Below, piece by piece: positions 55,109 through 64,000 of a stretch of 64,000 bases of DNA. The notes under the pieces were generated by a model. That model had not been told where the DNA came from. It worked only from the letters and a program-made list of their open reading frames with translations, and did no database searches. The translations under genes were made by a program, and so were the position numbers. Where the stretch lies: NCBI GenBank assembly GCA_024402405.1, contig JAKSTW010000003.1, positions 10,003-74,002 of the forward strand, written 5' to 3'. Within the stretch, counting starts at the first letter, position 1; every line of letters begins with the position of its first letter. The stretch is from Spirochaetia bacterium (GTDB lineage Bacteria; Spirochaetota; Spirochaetia; CADAEX01).

Positions 55109-56222
55109 ATGCTGGCTGATTATCAGGCTGAACTTACACAGCTTAAAGAAGAAATTCTGGAAACCTGGGGGCATCTTTGACTCCGAAAGGATCGAGAAAG
55201 AAATAGCAGAGCTGGAGGAGAAGACCTCGGCTGAAGGCTTCTGGAACAACCGTGATGAAGCCGAAAAGATCATGGGCGAGATCAAACGGAAGAAGGATCT
55301 TATCTATCCTTGGATCGATCTGAAAGGACTTCTGGATGACACAGTGGATCTTTATGATCTGGCTATGGCTGAGAATGACGAGTCCTTTGAGTCTGATATT
55401 GCAAGCACACTGGAGAAAATAAAGAGTGAGTTCGGAAGACTCCGCACACTGGCACTTTTCAGTGAGGAGACCGACGGCTGCAATGCATTCGTCACGATCC
55501 ATGCCGGAGCCGGCGGAACAGAGGCCTGTGACTGGGCAAGTATGCTGTACCGTATGTACACACGCTGGGCTGAGCGTCATGACTTCAAGACCGAGATCGC
55601 CGACCTTCAGGAGGCTGAAGGTGGAATCAAGTCTGTGACTATGCAGATCGAGGGTGATTATGCCCACGGATACCTTAAGTGCGAGTCCGGAATCCACCGT
55701 CTGGTGCGCATATCTCCGTTTGATGCCAACGCAAGGCGCCATACCTCATTTGTCTCAGTATATGTCTCTCCTGTGATTGACGACAGCATAGAGATCGACA
55801 TCAAGCCTGAGGATATCAGAATTGATACATACAGAGCTTCAGGAGCCGGCGGACAGCATGTCAACAAGACAGACTCAGCTGTCAGGATCACCCATTTTGA
55901 GACAGGTATCGTGGTTCAGTGCCAGAACGAGAGAAGCCAGATAAAGAACAGGGCTATGGCTATGAAAGTCCTCAGATCACGTCTGTATGAATATTACAAG
56001 GCCAAACAGGAGGAGGAGAAGGAGAAGAATGCCGCAGAGAAGAAAGAGATGGCCTGGGGCAGTCAGATCCGCTCTTATGTGTTCCAGCCTTATACAATGG
56101 TGAAGGATCACAGGACCAAGGCTGAGATGGGAAATATCCAGAGTGTCATGGATGGAAATATCGACATGTTCATCGAAGAATATCTCAAGATGATGTGGCA
56201 GAAAGGGCAGGCTAATTCCTGA
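55109..56222 (+). CDS. prfB: peptide chain release factor 2, requiring a programmed +1 frameshift (join 55109..55177, 55179..56222)
   Basis: ORF0 reads MLADYQAELTQLKEEILETWGHL-TGA, with the slippery CTT TGA C at 55175-55181 and an SD-like GGGGG 3 nt upstream. The +1 frame continues DSERIEKE.. into the track ORF, which carries SPF and GGQ. Confidence 0.92.
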
Positions 56223-56245
56223 CATTAAGAATATGGTGGGGTAAG

Positions 56246-57685
56246 ATGGCTAAAAGATTTTTCCTGACAGTTTTTCTTCTCATACCATTGTTATGTTTTT
56301 CTCTGGAGACTGTTCCTGACAATAATGATGAGGAATGGAATGTCCTGGTGGCAGACCTGATATGTCTGGACAAGGATGATGGCGGAGAGTTTTACATAGG
56401 CAAGACACTTTCATCTGCTGTTCTGAAACATCTTTCCGTACTGAAGACCCATAAGATGACAGAGGATGAGACTGTGGCAATGAAGGAATTCCTCCGGGAT
56501 AAATACATTGCCGAGCAGCGGAAGACTCTGGCCGGATATTATGAGAATTATGACAGACTTCTGTTTGAGCATGGTGATCTTGCAGCCCGTAAGAATCTGG
56601 AGGCCTCCATTGATAAAGAAGAGCGGAATATTCGGAAACTGGAGAAATACAGGGCCGATAAGATCCATATAAAGGATGAGCGCAATATCATTTTCCTGAA
56701 TTATGAAGAGGGGACAGATACCGTGGTGAAGGGAATGGCCGACCTGGAGAGCAAAGCATCATCATCTGGTGCTGAGTATATCCTTTGGGGTACTGTCAGG
56801 GTGGTGGAAGATGTTGTTATCGCAGACCTTCAGATCTACAGCAGACTTTTCAGGAAAAATATTGCATCCATGCGGATCGCCGATGATCTGGACAATGTTT
56901 ATGACCATCTGGGGGATAAGCTCCATGGTTTCTATGACACTTTTCTTGGAACCGGATGGTCAATGGTTAATGTAGGGCTCAATGATCAGAATGGCGATAT
57001 ATTTGTTGACGGAAAATATGCCGGTACCGGTGATACATCAGAGCTCATCCTTTCACCAGGTGAGCATGAGATCATGGTGACAGGCGTTAATCTGGATGTG
57101 GAGAAAAAGACACTGAACCTTTCTGAGAGGCAGGTAATGGGAGTGGATTTCAAGGTCAGCGAGGCGAAGAAGAAGCCTTTTGCCGTATCCTCTTTCCCGG
57201 AAGGTGCTGATGTTTATTATAATTCGATCTGGCAGGGAAGGACTCCGCTGATCATAAACGGAGATTCCGGTGAGATCGTGGTATCTATGAACGGATATCA
57301 GGATTTCCGTACTTTTCTGGAAGCTGTGGAGGGAAACAGCATTGATGTCTTTCCGCAGAAGGATCTTTTTGATCGGGATCAGCTGCTGCTGAAAAAGCGG
57401 AATGCATTTTACAGGAATCTCACATACTTTGTGCTGTCCATACCGATACCTTTCTTCACTTATGCCATGTATCTTTCCTATGATGATAAGTATGATAAGG
57501 CCAGAAACCATGGAATCAATGAGCATGAGATAAGAAAAGACAAGAGGATGAGGAATTATTGCAGATATGGATATTATGGTTCGCTGTTCCTTTCTGTGAC
57601 TCTTTTTGCCAATTCCATGTTCTATCTCCATGATTATATCAAAGCGGGAGAGGGAACAAATTTAAGACAGGAGCGTAAAAAATGA
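56246..57685 (+). CDS. PEGA-domain secreted/membrane protein
   Basis: Signal peptide, two PEGA-like units (GDIFVDGKYAGTG..; SSFPEGADVYYNSIWQGRTPL) and C-terminal TM helices. Confidence 0.6.
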   Translation: MAKRFFLTVFLLIPLLCFSLETVPDNNDEEWNVLVADLICLDKDDGGEFYIGKTLSSAVLKHLSVLKTHKMTEDETVAMKEFLRDKYIAEQRKTLAGYYENYDRLLFEHGDLAARKNLEASIDKEERNIRKLEKYRADKIHIKDERNIIFLNYEEGTDTVVKGMADLESKASSSGAEYILWGTVRVVEDVVIADLQIYSRLFRKNIASMRIADDLDNVYDHLGDKLHGFYDTFLGTGWSMVNVGLNDQNGDIFVDGKYAGTGDTSELILSPGEHEIMVTGVNLDVEKKTLNLSERQVMGVDFKVSEAKKKPFAVSSFPEGADVYYNSIWQGRTPLIINGDSGEIVVSMNGYQDFRTFLEAVEGNSIDVFPQKDLFDRDQLLLKKRNAFYRNLTYFVLSIPIPFFTYAMYLSYDDKYDKARNHGINEHEIRKDKRMRNYCRYGYYGSLFLSVTLFANSMFYLHDYIKAGEGTNLRQERKK

Positions 57686-58545
57686 AAATAGGCAATCTAT
57701 TTAAGAAAATATTCAAGACACGTAAGCTGGACGATGCTGCTTTTGATGAGATGGAGGATGCTCTCATTGAGGGCGATGTAGGTGCCTCTGCTGCAGTTGC
57801 CATTGTGGATCAGCTCAGAGAGAAAGCCAAAAAAGAGAAGATTGACGATTTTGACCAGCTGAAGAAGGCTCTGGAGGAGATCCTTTCAGACCGGGTCAAA
57901 GAATATGATTTCAGGCTGAATGACGGCGTGAATCTTTTCCTGTTCCTTGGTGTCAATGGAGTCGGCAAGACTACTTCCATAGCGAAGATGGGCAAGTGGC
58001 TCTGTGATACTACAGACAAGAAAGTGGTCTTTGCTGCCGGGGACACATTCCGTGCGGCCGCTATCGAGCAGATAGAGATCCATGGCGAAAAACTGGGGAT
58101 CCGCGTTATCAACCAGCAGAACGGCTCTGATCCTGGCGCTGTCATTTTTGATGCCATAGAAAGTGTCAAAGCCCGGGGTGAGGATATCATACTGGCAGAC
58201 ACCGCAGGCAGAATGCACAATAAGGCCAATCTGGTGAAGGAGCTTCAGAAGATTGACAAGATAATCAGAAACAAGATCCCGGCAGAGAATTACAAGAAAT
58301 TCATTCTCATTGATGCAACCACAGGACAGAACGGACTGCGCCAGGCTGAGATTTTCAATGAGGATCTTGGAATTGACCGCATTGTTCTTTCAAAATACGA
58401 CTCTGCAGCCAAGGGCGGCATCCTTCTGAGCGTCTGCGGCAAACTGGGAATTCCTGTGGCTTTTGTGGGCACTGGTGAGAAATATGGGGATTTTGCAAGA
58501 TTTGATAAGAAGAAATATCTTGAAGCGCTTCTTGCTGTGGACTGA
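57682..58545 (+). CDS. ftsY: signal recognition particle receptor FtsY (NG domain only)
   Basis: GVNGVGKTTSIAK, DTAGR, TKYD-like SKYDSAAKGG. Confidence 0.92.
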   Translation: MKIGNLFKKIFKTRKLDDAAFDEMEDALIEGDVGASAAVAIVDQLREKAKKEKIDDFDQLKKALEEILSDRVKEYDFRLNDGVNLFLFLGVNGVGKTTSIAKMGKWLCDTTDKKVVFAAGDTFRAAAIEQIEIHGEKLGIRVINQQNGSDPGAVIFDAIESVKARGEDIILADTAGRMHNKANLVKELQKIDKIIRNKIPAENYKKFILIDATTGQNGLRQAEIFNEDLGIDRIVLSKYDSAAKGGILLSVCGKLGIPVAFVGTGEKYGDFARFDKKKYLEALLAVD

Positions 58546-59581
58546 GCTGCTGCTGTTCTTTCTCTGTGCATTCCCTGTTTTCTGCGAGGATGAATATTTT
58601 GCATCAAACAGCAGCGGGATGCTTCTGGAGAAGATAAACAAGTTCAGAATCTCAGGGCAGAAATGGTATGCCAAGGTCCAGCGCGACGGAGATAGTATAA
58701 AAAAGACTCTTTATAACAGCGAGGGAACTGCTCTGAAAAAATGGGAGATCCGCAGAGTCGATGATTCTGTCAGGACCGAGACTGTGACAGAGGGTCATAT
58801 CAGAACTGTCAGCACATATGAGAAGCAGAAAATGGTGGAGGAGTGCCGGTACGACAATAATGTGCTTACTGGCATGACCATGTGCTCCTATGACGGTGAT
58901 TTTCTTTCTGAGATCAAAGAACTGGATGGCAGCAAGGCTGTGATCCAGGATATAACTTTCCAGCGTGATATGAACAGCCGCATTGACAGGGTGGATTTCA
59001 AGTCTGCTGACGGTGGATTCATGTCCAGGTATTTTTTCTCGAAAGGCGTTCTTATTCTGGAGTGGCATGGAAAGGATCAGCAGAACGGAACTTCTGTCCA
59101 GTATCATTCTGATGGTAAGATCTCCAAAGTCGCCAATTGGACGGATGGTGCCAAGACTGAGACAGAAGAGTATTTCTATGACGGCGGGCTTCTTGCCCGG
59201 TCACTTGTCACTTATATTGACACTGGCAGAAAAATTTCCAGAGCGTATGATGAGAATGGAAATATATCCCTTGAAGAAGAGCTGAATGGAGATGAAGCCA
59301 CTCATAAATCATTTTTCACATATAATGTGAATTCCCAGCTGGTGCAGAAAGTGGACAGCGGACAGATCACCGAGAAAGTCATATCAGTCTATGACGGTGA
59401 CAGGCTGGCTAAGGAAGAGTTCTATAAAAAAGGTGTGATGTACAAGGTCCGCACTTATGTGGCTGAACATAAATATTATGATGATATATATGCTGACGGC
59501 AGTGCGGTTTTCAGACAGTATTATTTCAATAACAGGAAAATAAGTAAGGAAGAATGGGAAAGGGCAGGTTTGGATGGATAA
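58484..59581 (+). CDS. secreted protein with YD/MORN-like beta-hairpin repeats
   Basis: Signal-like N-terminus (..RRNILKRFLLWTELLLFFLCAFPVFC) and repeated Y-x-Y-D-x-x-G-like units (EEYFYDGGLLA, RAYDENGNIS, ISVYDGDRLA). The start is uncertain (58463, 58484 or an internal TTG). Confidence 0.45.
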   Translation: MGILQDLIRRNILKRFLLWTELLLFFLCAFPVFCEDEYFASNSSGMLLEKINKFRISGQKWYAKVQRDGDSIKKTLYNSEGTALKKWEIRRVDDSVRTETVTEGHIRTVSTYEKQKMVEECRYDNNVLTGMTMCSYDGDFLSEIKELDGSKAVIQDITFQRDMNSRIDRVDFKSADGGFMSRYFFSKGVLILEWHGKDQQNGTSVQYHSDGKISKVANWTDGAKTETEEYFYDGGLLARSLVTYIDTGRKISRAYDENGNISLEEELNGDEATHKSFFTYNVNSQLVQKVDSGQITEKVISVYDGDRLAKEEFYKKGVMYKVRTYVAEHKYYDDIYADGSAVFRQYYFNNRKISKEEWERAGLDG

Positions 59582-60849
59582 CTTTTCTGGCCAGACGTTA
59601 TCTTTATGGCCGTGAAAGGGAAAACAGAAACATAACACAGATACTTTCAGCACTGGGACTGGCTGCCGGAGTGCTGACACTCATAACTGTCATTTCCATT
59701 ATGAACGGACTGCAGATGGGATATATCTCTGATATTCTGGAGATAGGTTCCTATCATATCAGGATCGATGACAGATCATGTGACACTGTTCTGGAAGAGC
59801 AGGTGCGCAATACCAGGGGAGTGGACAGCGTGGTGCGGTTCACTGATATCCAGGTGCTGGCTGAGGGTGATCTTTCCAGGATGAGCCCCATCAATATCAG
59901 ATGCATTGATGAGAAATATGCTGCACTTGACCATCATTTCATGGAGCATCTGGAGATGGCTGCCGGCAGCTTCGATCTTGCTGACCGGAATTCGGTGCTT
60001 CTTGGTACTGAGCTGGCCCATTATCTCAGGCTGAATGTGGGTGATGTGTTTAAAGTCATGGCTCTTTCCGGGGACAGTTTCAATGCGCTGAAGCCTCAGA
60101 CTCTGGAATTTACTGTCACAGGACTTTTCAAAAGCGGCTACTATGAATATGACCGGGAGATGGCCATGATGTCAGTGAGCAATGCGCCTAGGCTCCAGCC
60201 TGGAGAACAGAATATGAAGCTGGGAGTGAAACTTTCCAGTCCTTACGCTGATCGGGCTGTGATGGCACGGCTGATGCCTGTTGCCGGGGACAGCATGGTC
60301 TCCTGGCGCGAATACAACAAAGCTCTTTTCGGTGCGCTGAGAATGGAAAAATTTGCCATGATGTTCCTTATTTCTCTGATTTTCGTAGTCATAGGAGTCA
60401 ATATTTTCAACTTCATGAAACGTTCTGTGTCAGAGAAAATTGAGGATATTGCGGTGCTTTATTCCCTGGGTGTCACAGAAAAGGATGTGCGCTGGATCTT
60501 TGTGGCTGAGGGTGCCATAGTCGGATTGGCGGGAGGTCTTTCCGGTACGGTTGCAGGTCTTCTGGTCTCTGTGAATATAAACAGCATTTTCTCACTGGCT
60601 GGAATTCTGGTCTCATTTCCGCTGAAACTGGCTTCTGCTGTCCTTGGCAGATGGATGGATTTCGGGGATGTGGAGTTTGCCCTTTTTTCTCCATCTTATT
60701 TTTATATTCAGGAAATACCTGTTTCCATCATGTTTGATGAGGTGCTGTGGGCTTTCCTTTTTGCTGTGCTGGCTGCTGTCATTTCAGCGGCACTGGCTGT
60801 GAAAAAGCTGGATATAAAGAATCCGGCAGCTGTGTTGAGGTGTGAATGA
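59554..60849 (+). CDS. LolC/E-family (FtsX-like) ABC transporter permease
   Basis: ARRYL.. N-terminus, a large periplasmic loop and a C-terminal FtsX-type 3-TM bundle. Confidence 0.8.
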   Translation: MGKGRFGWITFLARRYLYGRERENRNITQILSALGLAAGVLTLITVISIMNGLQMGYISDILEIGSYHIRIDDRSCDTVLEEQVRNTRGVDSVVRFTDIQVLAEGDLSRMSPINIRCIDEKYAALDHHFMEHLEMAAGSFDLADRNSVLLGTELAHYLRLNVGDVFKVMALSGDSFNALKPQTLEFTVTGLFKSGYYEYDREMAMMSVSNAPRLQPGEQNMKLGVKLSSPYADRAVMARLMPVAGDSMVSWREYNKALFGALRMEKFAMMFLISLIFVVIGVNIFNFMKRSVSEKIEDIAVLYSLGVTEKDVRWIFVAEGAIVGLAGGLSGTVAGLLVSVNINSIFSLAGILVSFPLKLASAVLGRWMDFGDVEFALFSPSYFYIQEIPVSIMFDEVLWAFLFAVLAAVISAALAVKKLDIKNPAAVLRCE

Positions 60850-61613
60850 TGAATATTCTTGAGCTTAGGAATCTGTGCAAAAGTTATAAAAACGGCGATG
60901 AGAGACTGGAGATAATCCGGGATATGAATTTCTCACTTGAGGCAGGAAAGCGGATGTGTATCACTGGTGCCAGCGGCTGCGGAAAAAGCACTCTGCTGAA
61001 TATCATCGGTTCTCTGGATACCTGCGATTCGGGTGAGATAATCGTGGACGGACAGGATATGACCAAGTTTGACAGTGCCCAGCTGTGTTCATACCGTAAT
61101 CATACCATAGGTTTTATTTTTCAGTTCCATTATCTGCTGCGGGAATTGACGGCACTGGAGAATGTCATGATTCCGGCGCTGGTGGCAGGCGTGGCAAGAA
61201 AAGAGGCTCAGGCAAAGGCTGAGGAGCTTCTGAACAGTGTGAATATGGAGCACAGAAGTCATTATTATCCATCCAAGCTTTCAGGCGGTGAGAGACAGAG
61301 AATTGCTGTGGCCCGGGCTCTTGTCAATGATCCTGTTCTGCTTCTGGCTGACGAGCCTACCGGTAACCTGGATGAGTACAATTCTGAGATAGTGGAGAAT
61401 CTTCTGTTCCAGATTGCTGAGGAACGTAACAAGTCACTTATCCTGGTGACACATGACAGGCAGATCGCATCCCACGGAGATGCCCGGGTGAAACTGGAAA
61501 AAGGCGGCGCCAGCTTTTTATGGGTAAGAAATTTTCTTTTTTTTATGCTTTCAGAACTATCTTCAGCAGAAATTCAAGCCGGGTGTTCAGACATATCAGG
61601 GGGGCTGTCATAG
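60846..61613 (+). CDS. lolD: lipoprotein-releasing ABC transporter ATP-binding protein (LolD-like)
   Basis: GASGCGKSTLLN, LSGGERQRIAVARAL, LLLADEPTGNLD. An unusual ~33-aa C-terminal tail overlaps the next gene by 94 nt. Confidence 0.85.
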   Translation: MMNILELRNLCKSYKNGDERLEIIRDMNFSLEAGKRMCITGASGCGKSTLLNIIGSLDTCDSGEIIVDGQDMTKFDSAQLCSYRNHTIGFIFQFHYLLRELTALENVMIPALVAGVARKEAQAKAEELLNSVNMEHRSHYYPSKLSGGERQRIAVARALVNDPVLLLADEPTGNLDEYNSEIVENLLFQIAEERNKSLILVTHDRQIASHGDARVKLEKGGASFLWVRNFLFFMLSELSSAEIQAGCSDISGGLS

Positions 61614-62782
61614 GTGCTGCCATCAGTCTGATACCTCTGGTGGTGGTGCTGGAGATCGCTGACGGCATGATAAAGGGAATTGTGGATCGTTATGTGGAGA
61701 TCAGCAGTTTTCATCTTCAAGTGCGTCTTCCGGTTCTGACAGATAAGGAAAGTCCTGAGGAATTTGTTGAGAAGATACGTTCCATGGAGAATGTCCGTAT
61801 GGCTTTTCCATATACTGAGGGAAACGGAATTCTGTACAGCTCCGGAGGTCGGACCGGTATAACTGTCCGTGGAATTCCAGATAATGTGTATAGTCAGGAT
61901 GAAGGCTTTTCCAGATATATTTCTGTCAGTGAAGGGGAGTTCTCACTTTCTGAAAAGGACAGCATAATCATAAGCAGGGAGACTGCCGCACTGCTGAAAG
62001 TTGGCTGCGGAGACACGGTGAAACTGCTGACTGCAAAACAGGTCCCTGGCCGGCAGATGCTGCTGCGTCCTACCAAGTTCACTGTCAGGGGGATCTACAC
62101 TTCCGGATATCAGGAGCTGGATATGCTGTCGGCTTTCATAACCTCAGAATATGGCGAGAAACTTTTTGCAGATCCTGACCGGCGGATGATCGCCGTGAAG
62201 ACCGATAATGCCTACAGCAGCAGCCTGTACACTGTTGCATCTGATATACGGCATCTTTCCATAGGCACCAGAGCCTACACATGGGAGGCTTTGAACGATA
62301 CGCTGGTGACTACCATGGGTACTACCAGAAAGTTCCTGATTTTCATCATGATACTTATCCTGGGGGTCGCATCCATAAATATATCATCGTCTATGATCAT
62401 GATAGTCATTTCCAAGAAGCAGGATATAGCGGTTCTGAAGAGCATGGGTGCTTCTGATTCTGATATTTCTGCCATTTTCATACTGCAGGGATTTTTTATC
62501 GGTGCTGCTGCCGCTTTCATAGGTCTGGCTCTGGGAATTTTTGCAGCCCTGAATATAAACGAGATAATAGATATGCTGGAGAGTGTGCTGAATATGCTGC
62601 TGCAGCGGGATTTCAGGCTGTCTGAGACAGGATATTACCTGGAGAGGATTCCTGTGGAGCTGTCACTGCCTAAACTGGCAGGATGCGGAGCTCTGGCTAT
62701 ACTGTTCTCTGTGGTCGCATCCTGGCTGCCTGCACGCCATGCCGGTCGGATCCGTCCTGTGGAGATCTTCCGCAAGCACTGA
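61520..62782 (+). CDS. LolC/E-family (FtsX-like) ABC transporter permease, second copy
   Basis: Same architecture as 59554-60849. The C-terminus ..LPARHAGRIRPVEIFR is typical of the family. Confidence 0.8.
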   Translation: MGKKFSFFYAFRTIFSRNSSRVFRHIRGAVIGAAISLIPLVVVLEIADGMIKGIVDRYVEISSFHLQVRLPVLTDKESPEEFVEKIRSMENVRMAFPYTEGNGILYSSGGRTGITVRGIPDNVYSQDEGFSRYISVSEGEFSLSEKDSIIISRETAALLKVGCGDTVKLLTAKQVPGRQMLLRPTKFTVRGIYTSGYQELDMLSAFITSEYGEKLFADPDRRMIAVKTDNAYSSSLYTVASDIRHLSIGTRAYTWEALNDTLVTTMGTTRKFLIFIMILILGVASINISSSMIMIVISKKQDIAVLKSMGASDSDISAIFILQGFFIGAAAAFIGLALGIFAALNINEIIDMLESVLNMLLQRDFRLSETGYYLERIPVELSLPKLAGCGALAILFSVVASWLPARHAGRIRPVEIFRKH

Positions 62783-62786
62783 AGAA

Positions 62787-62910
62787 AAGGGAAGGGACAC
62801 CGCAATATAAAAGAGGAAGGACACCCCCGTTTCGACCGGTGGTTTCCTCCCTCTTTGGATTTCTCTTCTTCCTTCGGACGACTCAAGGCTGTGCCGCCCT
62901 GGAGCCAGAA
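62787..62910 (-). ncRNA. candidate structured RNA element, copy B (orphan)
   Basis: Second copy of the 13185-13310 element. Hairpins at 62884-62901 and 62810-62856 are retained through G-U or C-G changes that are valid only on the minus strand. It starts 5 nt after the stop of the convergent lolE-like gene. Confidence 0.4.
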
Positions 62911-63158
62911 AATGCAGCATATATATTTTATATTTCATATGCCCTGATAGGAAGCTAAAAAAATTACTGATTTACAATCAATTAAAGAAATATATCTTAT
63001 ATCTGGTAATAATATAGCTATTATAAAAAAATAACTGGTAATTGTGGTGGCTGATCAAATCCGCCAGTTCTCTAGAACTCTCCTCAACTCCAGTTGTATT
63101 TTCAGTATATATCAGCTGTATATTTTGTCAAGAATTTATTCTGTAAGACTGAATCAGA

Positions 63159-63247
63159 AAACAGGTAAACAGTTTGCGAAACAGTTTTGATTAAAAATGG
63201 TATAAAACAGCTGTTTAAAGGGTATTTTTATGGCTTTTTAACTGTTT
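63159..63247. repeat. array of AAACAGTT-type octamers including a perfect palindrome
   Basis: AAACAGGT 63159-63166, AAACAGTT 63167-63174, AAACAGTT 63179-63186, AAACAGCTGTTT 63205-63216 (perfect 12-bp palindrome) and the inverted AACTGTTT at 63240-63247. Confidence 0.6.
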
Positions 63248-63400
63248 TTGATGTTCATGAAGATAAATGGGATTATTTAAGGTAATTCTTTTATTTATAT
63301 ATACTTATGGGAATAATATAAGGGAAGTAGTGAATTCTCATATTTCATGAATAATTACAAAAGTAGTCTAAAAAGTTTTGTATGAATTCAGAAAAACAGT

Positions 63401-63432
63401 TCCTGATCGTTGTATAATGACAATGTTCAGGA
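63401..63432. terminator. bidirectional hairpin terminator after uvrB
   Basis: TCCTGA..TCAGGA outer stem with an inner TTGT/ACAA pairing. U-tracts on both strands (minus ACUGUUUUU, plus GUUUUUUU). Confidence 0.55.
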
Positions 63433-63439
63433 GTTTTTT

Positions 63440-64000
63440 TCAGCCCATTTCCTTCAGCTTCTGGATCTCGTCTCTGAGGGCTGCCGCTTCCTCGAACTCC
63501 AGATTCTTGGCGTGTTCCAGCATCTCATTCTCCAGTGCCTTTATAAGCTTCTTTCTGTCTTTCGGATTGACTATGTTGTAGTTATCTTTGACCACCTGAA
63601 TATTCAGCTCCTGGGCTTTCTTCCGCTCCTCGTGCTTTCTTATCAGAATGTCCTGCACCGATTTCTGGACGCTCTTCGGAGTGATTCCATGCTCCAGATT
63701 GTACTGCTGCTGTATTTCCCGGCGGCGTCTGGTCTCCTGGATCGCCTGTTCCATGGCTTCAGACTTCCTGTCCGCATACATTATCACATGGCCGTTCACA
63801 TTTCTGGCTGCTCTTCCTATGGTCTGTATAAGTGATGTGGCTGAACGGAGGAATCCTATCTTGTCCGCATCCATGATGGCTATGAGCGATACCTCCGGTA
63901 TGTCCAGACCCTCACGCAGCAGGTTGATTCCCACCACGATGTCGCATTTTCCCAGGCGCAGCTCCTTGATTATCTCAACACGCTCGAATGTCTCTATCTC
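63440..64000 (-). CDS. uvrB: excinuclease ABC subunit B, C-terminal part (5' end outside the window)
   Basis: ..[43 protein letters not shown].. and a C-terminal UVR domain ([15 protein letters not shown]). The frame is open to position 64000. Confidence 0.92.
   Translation of the reverse strand, partial: EIETFERVEIIKELRLGKCDIVVGINLLREGLDIPEVSLIAIMDADKIGFLRSATSLIQTIGRAARNVNGHVIMYADRKSEAMEQAIQETRRRREIQQQYNLEHGITPKSVQKSVQDILIRKHEERKKAQELNIQVVKDNYNIVNPKDRKKLIKALENEMLEHAKNLEFEEAAALRDEIQKLKEMG

Noticed and set aside
61520-61613. The 94-nt overlap between lolD and the downstream permease as evidence of a frameshift or pseudogene
   Set aside because: Both ORFs are full-length with intact family motifs, and no alternative frame gives a better LolD C-terminus. 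It is noted as unusual but is compatible with a late natural stop.
62635-62958. Three overlapping ORFs (83-91 aa) on both strands across repeat copy B
   Set aside because: The same sequence at copy A is not coding in any consistent frame. The indels between the copies break the frames, and the substitution pattern fits RNA pairing rather than codons.
63003-63030. dif-like site (CTGGTAATAAT-ATAGCT-ATTATAAAAAA) between convergent genes
   Set aside because: Only the inner ATAAT/ATTAT dyad resembles XerCD dif. The outer arms match the consensus I remember poorly (about 7 of 11), and matches of this kind are expected by chance in AT-rich DNA. A genome-wide GC-skew or dif PWM analysis would be needed.
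63049-63065. tRNA T-arm-like sequence GGCTG-ATCAAAT-CCGCC, a possible tRNA fragment or att remnant
   Set aside because: The stem has a mismatch, the loop deviates from TTCRAAT, and the flanks cannot form acceptor or anticodon arms. No integrase or direct repeat lies nearby.
1-64000. Search for CRISPR arrays, transposases, integrases, phage genes, toxin-antitoxin pairs or known defence modules
   Set aside because: I saw no direct-repeat/spacer arrays, no DDE or tyrosine-recombinase motifs in any ORF, and no characteristic defence-domain combinations. The window reads as core chromosome.

Overview
This 64-kb window looks like a chromosomal segment from a Spirochaetota (Treponema-like) genome; that assignment is inferred from gene content only. 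Supporting traits are a 7-gene V-type ATPase operon with a DUF2764-like gene, LL-DAP aminotransferase, a short AlaRS, LolCDE-like genes, PEGA/FecR/lipoprotein genes with loose L-x-x-C lipoboxes, and prfB with the classic +1 frameshift. Coding density is high and almost everything is housekeeping: nrdR-nrdD, pfs, recQ-family, clpB, hrpA-like, hisS, V-ATPase, a flavodiiron protein with a divergent Crp/Fnr regulator, tsaBE, alaS, ftsK, dapL-glyA, rpe, mrp, def-fmt, prfB, ftsY, lolCDE-like and uvrB. I found no rRNA, tRNA, CRISPR array, transposase, integrase or recognisable defence island, so I cannot support a claim of a clear novel multi-gene system. Items worth a second look: (1) a 1988-aa ORF that fuses an AddB-like Fe-S nuclease module to a complete AddA-like UvrD helicase-nuclease; (2) a ~125-nt conserved element present twice (13185-13310 and 62787-62910). 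Its substitutions preserve pairing only on the minus strand. One copy forms the hisS-hrpA leader and ends in a terminator-like hairpin; the other is an orphan; (3) a ~0.5-kb AT-rich non-coding region between convergent genes carrying an AAACAGTT motif array; (4) a lipoprotein gene whose signal peptide is cut off by a 1-nt frameshift; (5) an A14 tract just upstream of tsaE; (6) an apparently leaderless lysR with a T-N11-A dyad inside its own promoter. All protein calls rest on motifs read by eye in the supplied translations. No database search was possible.
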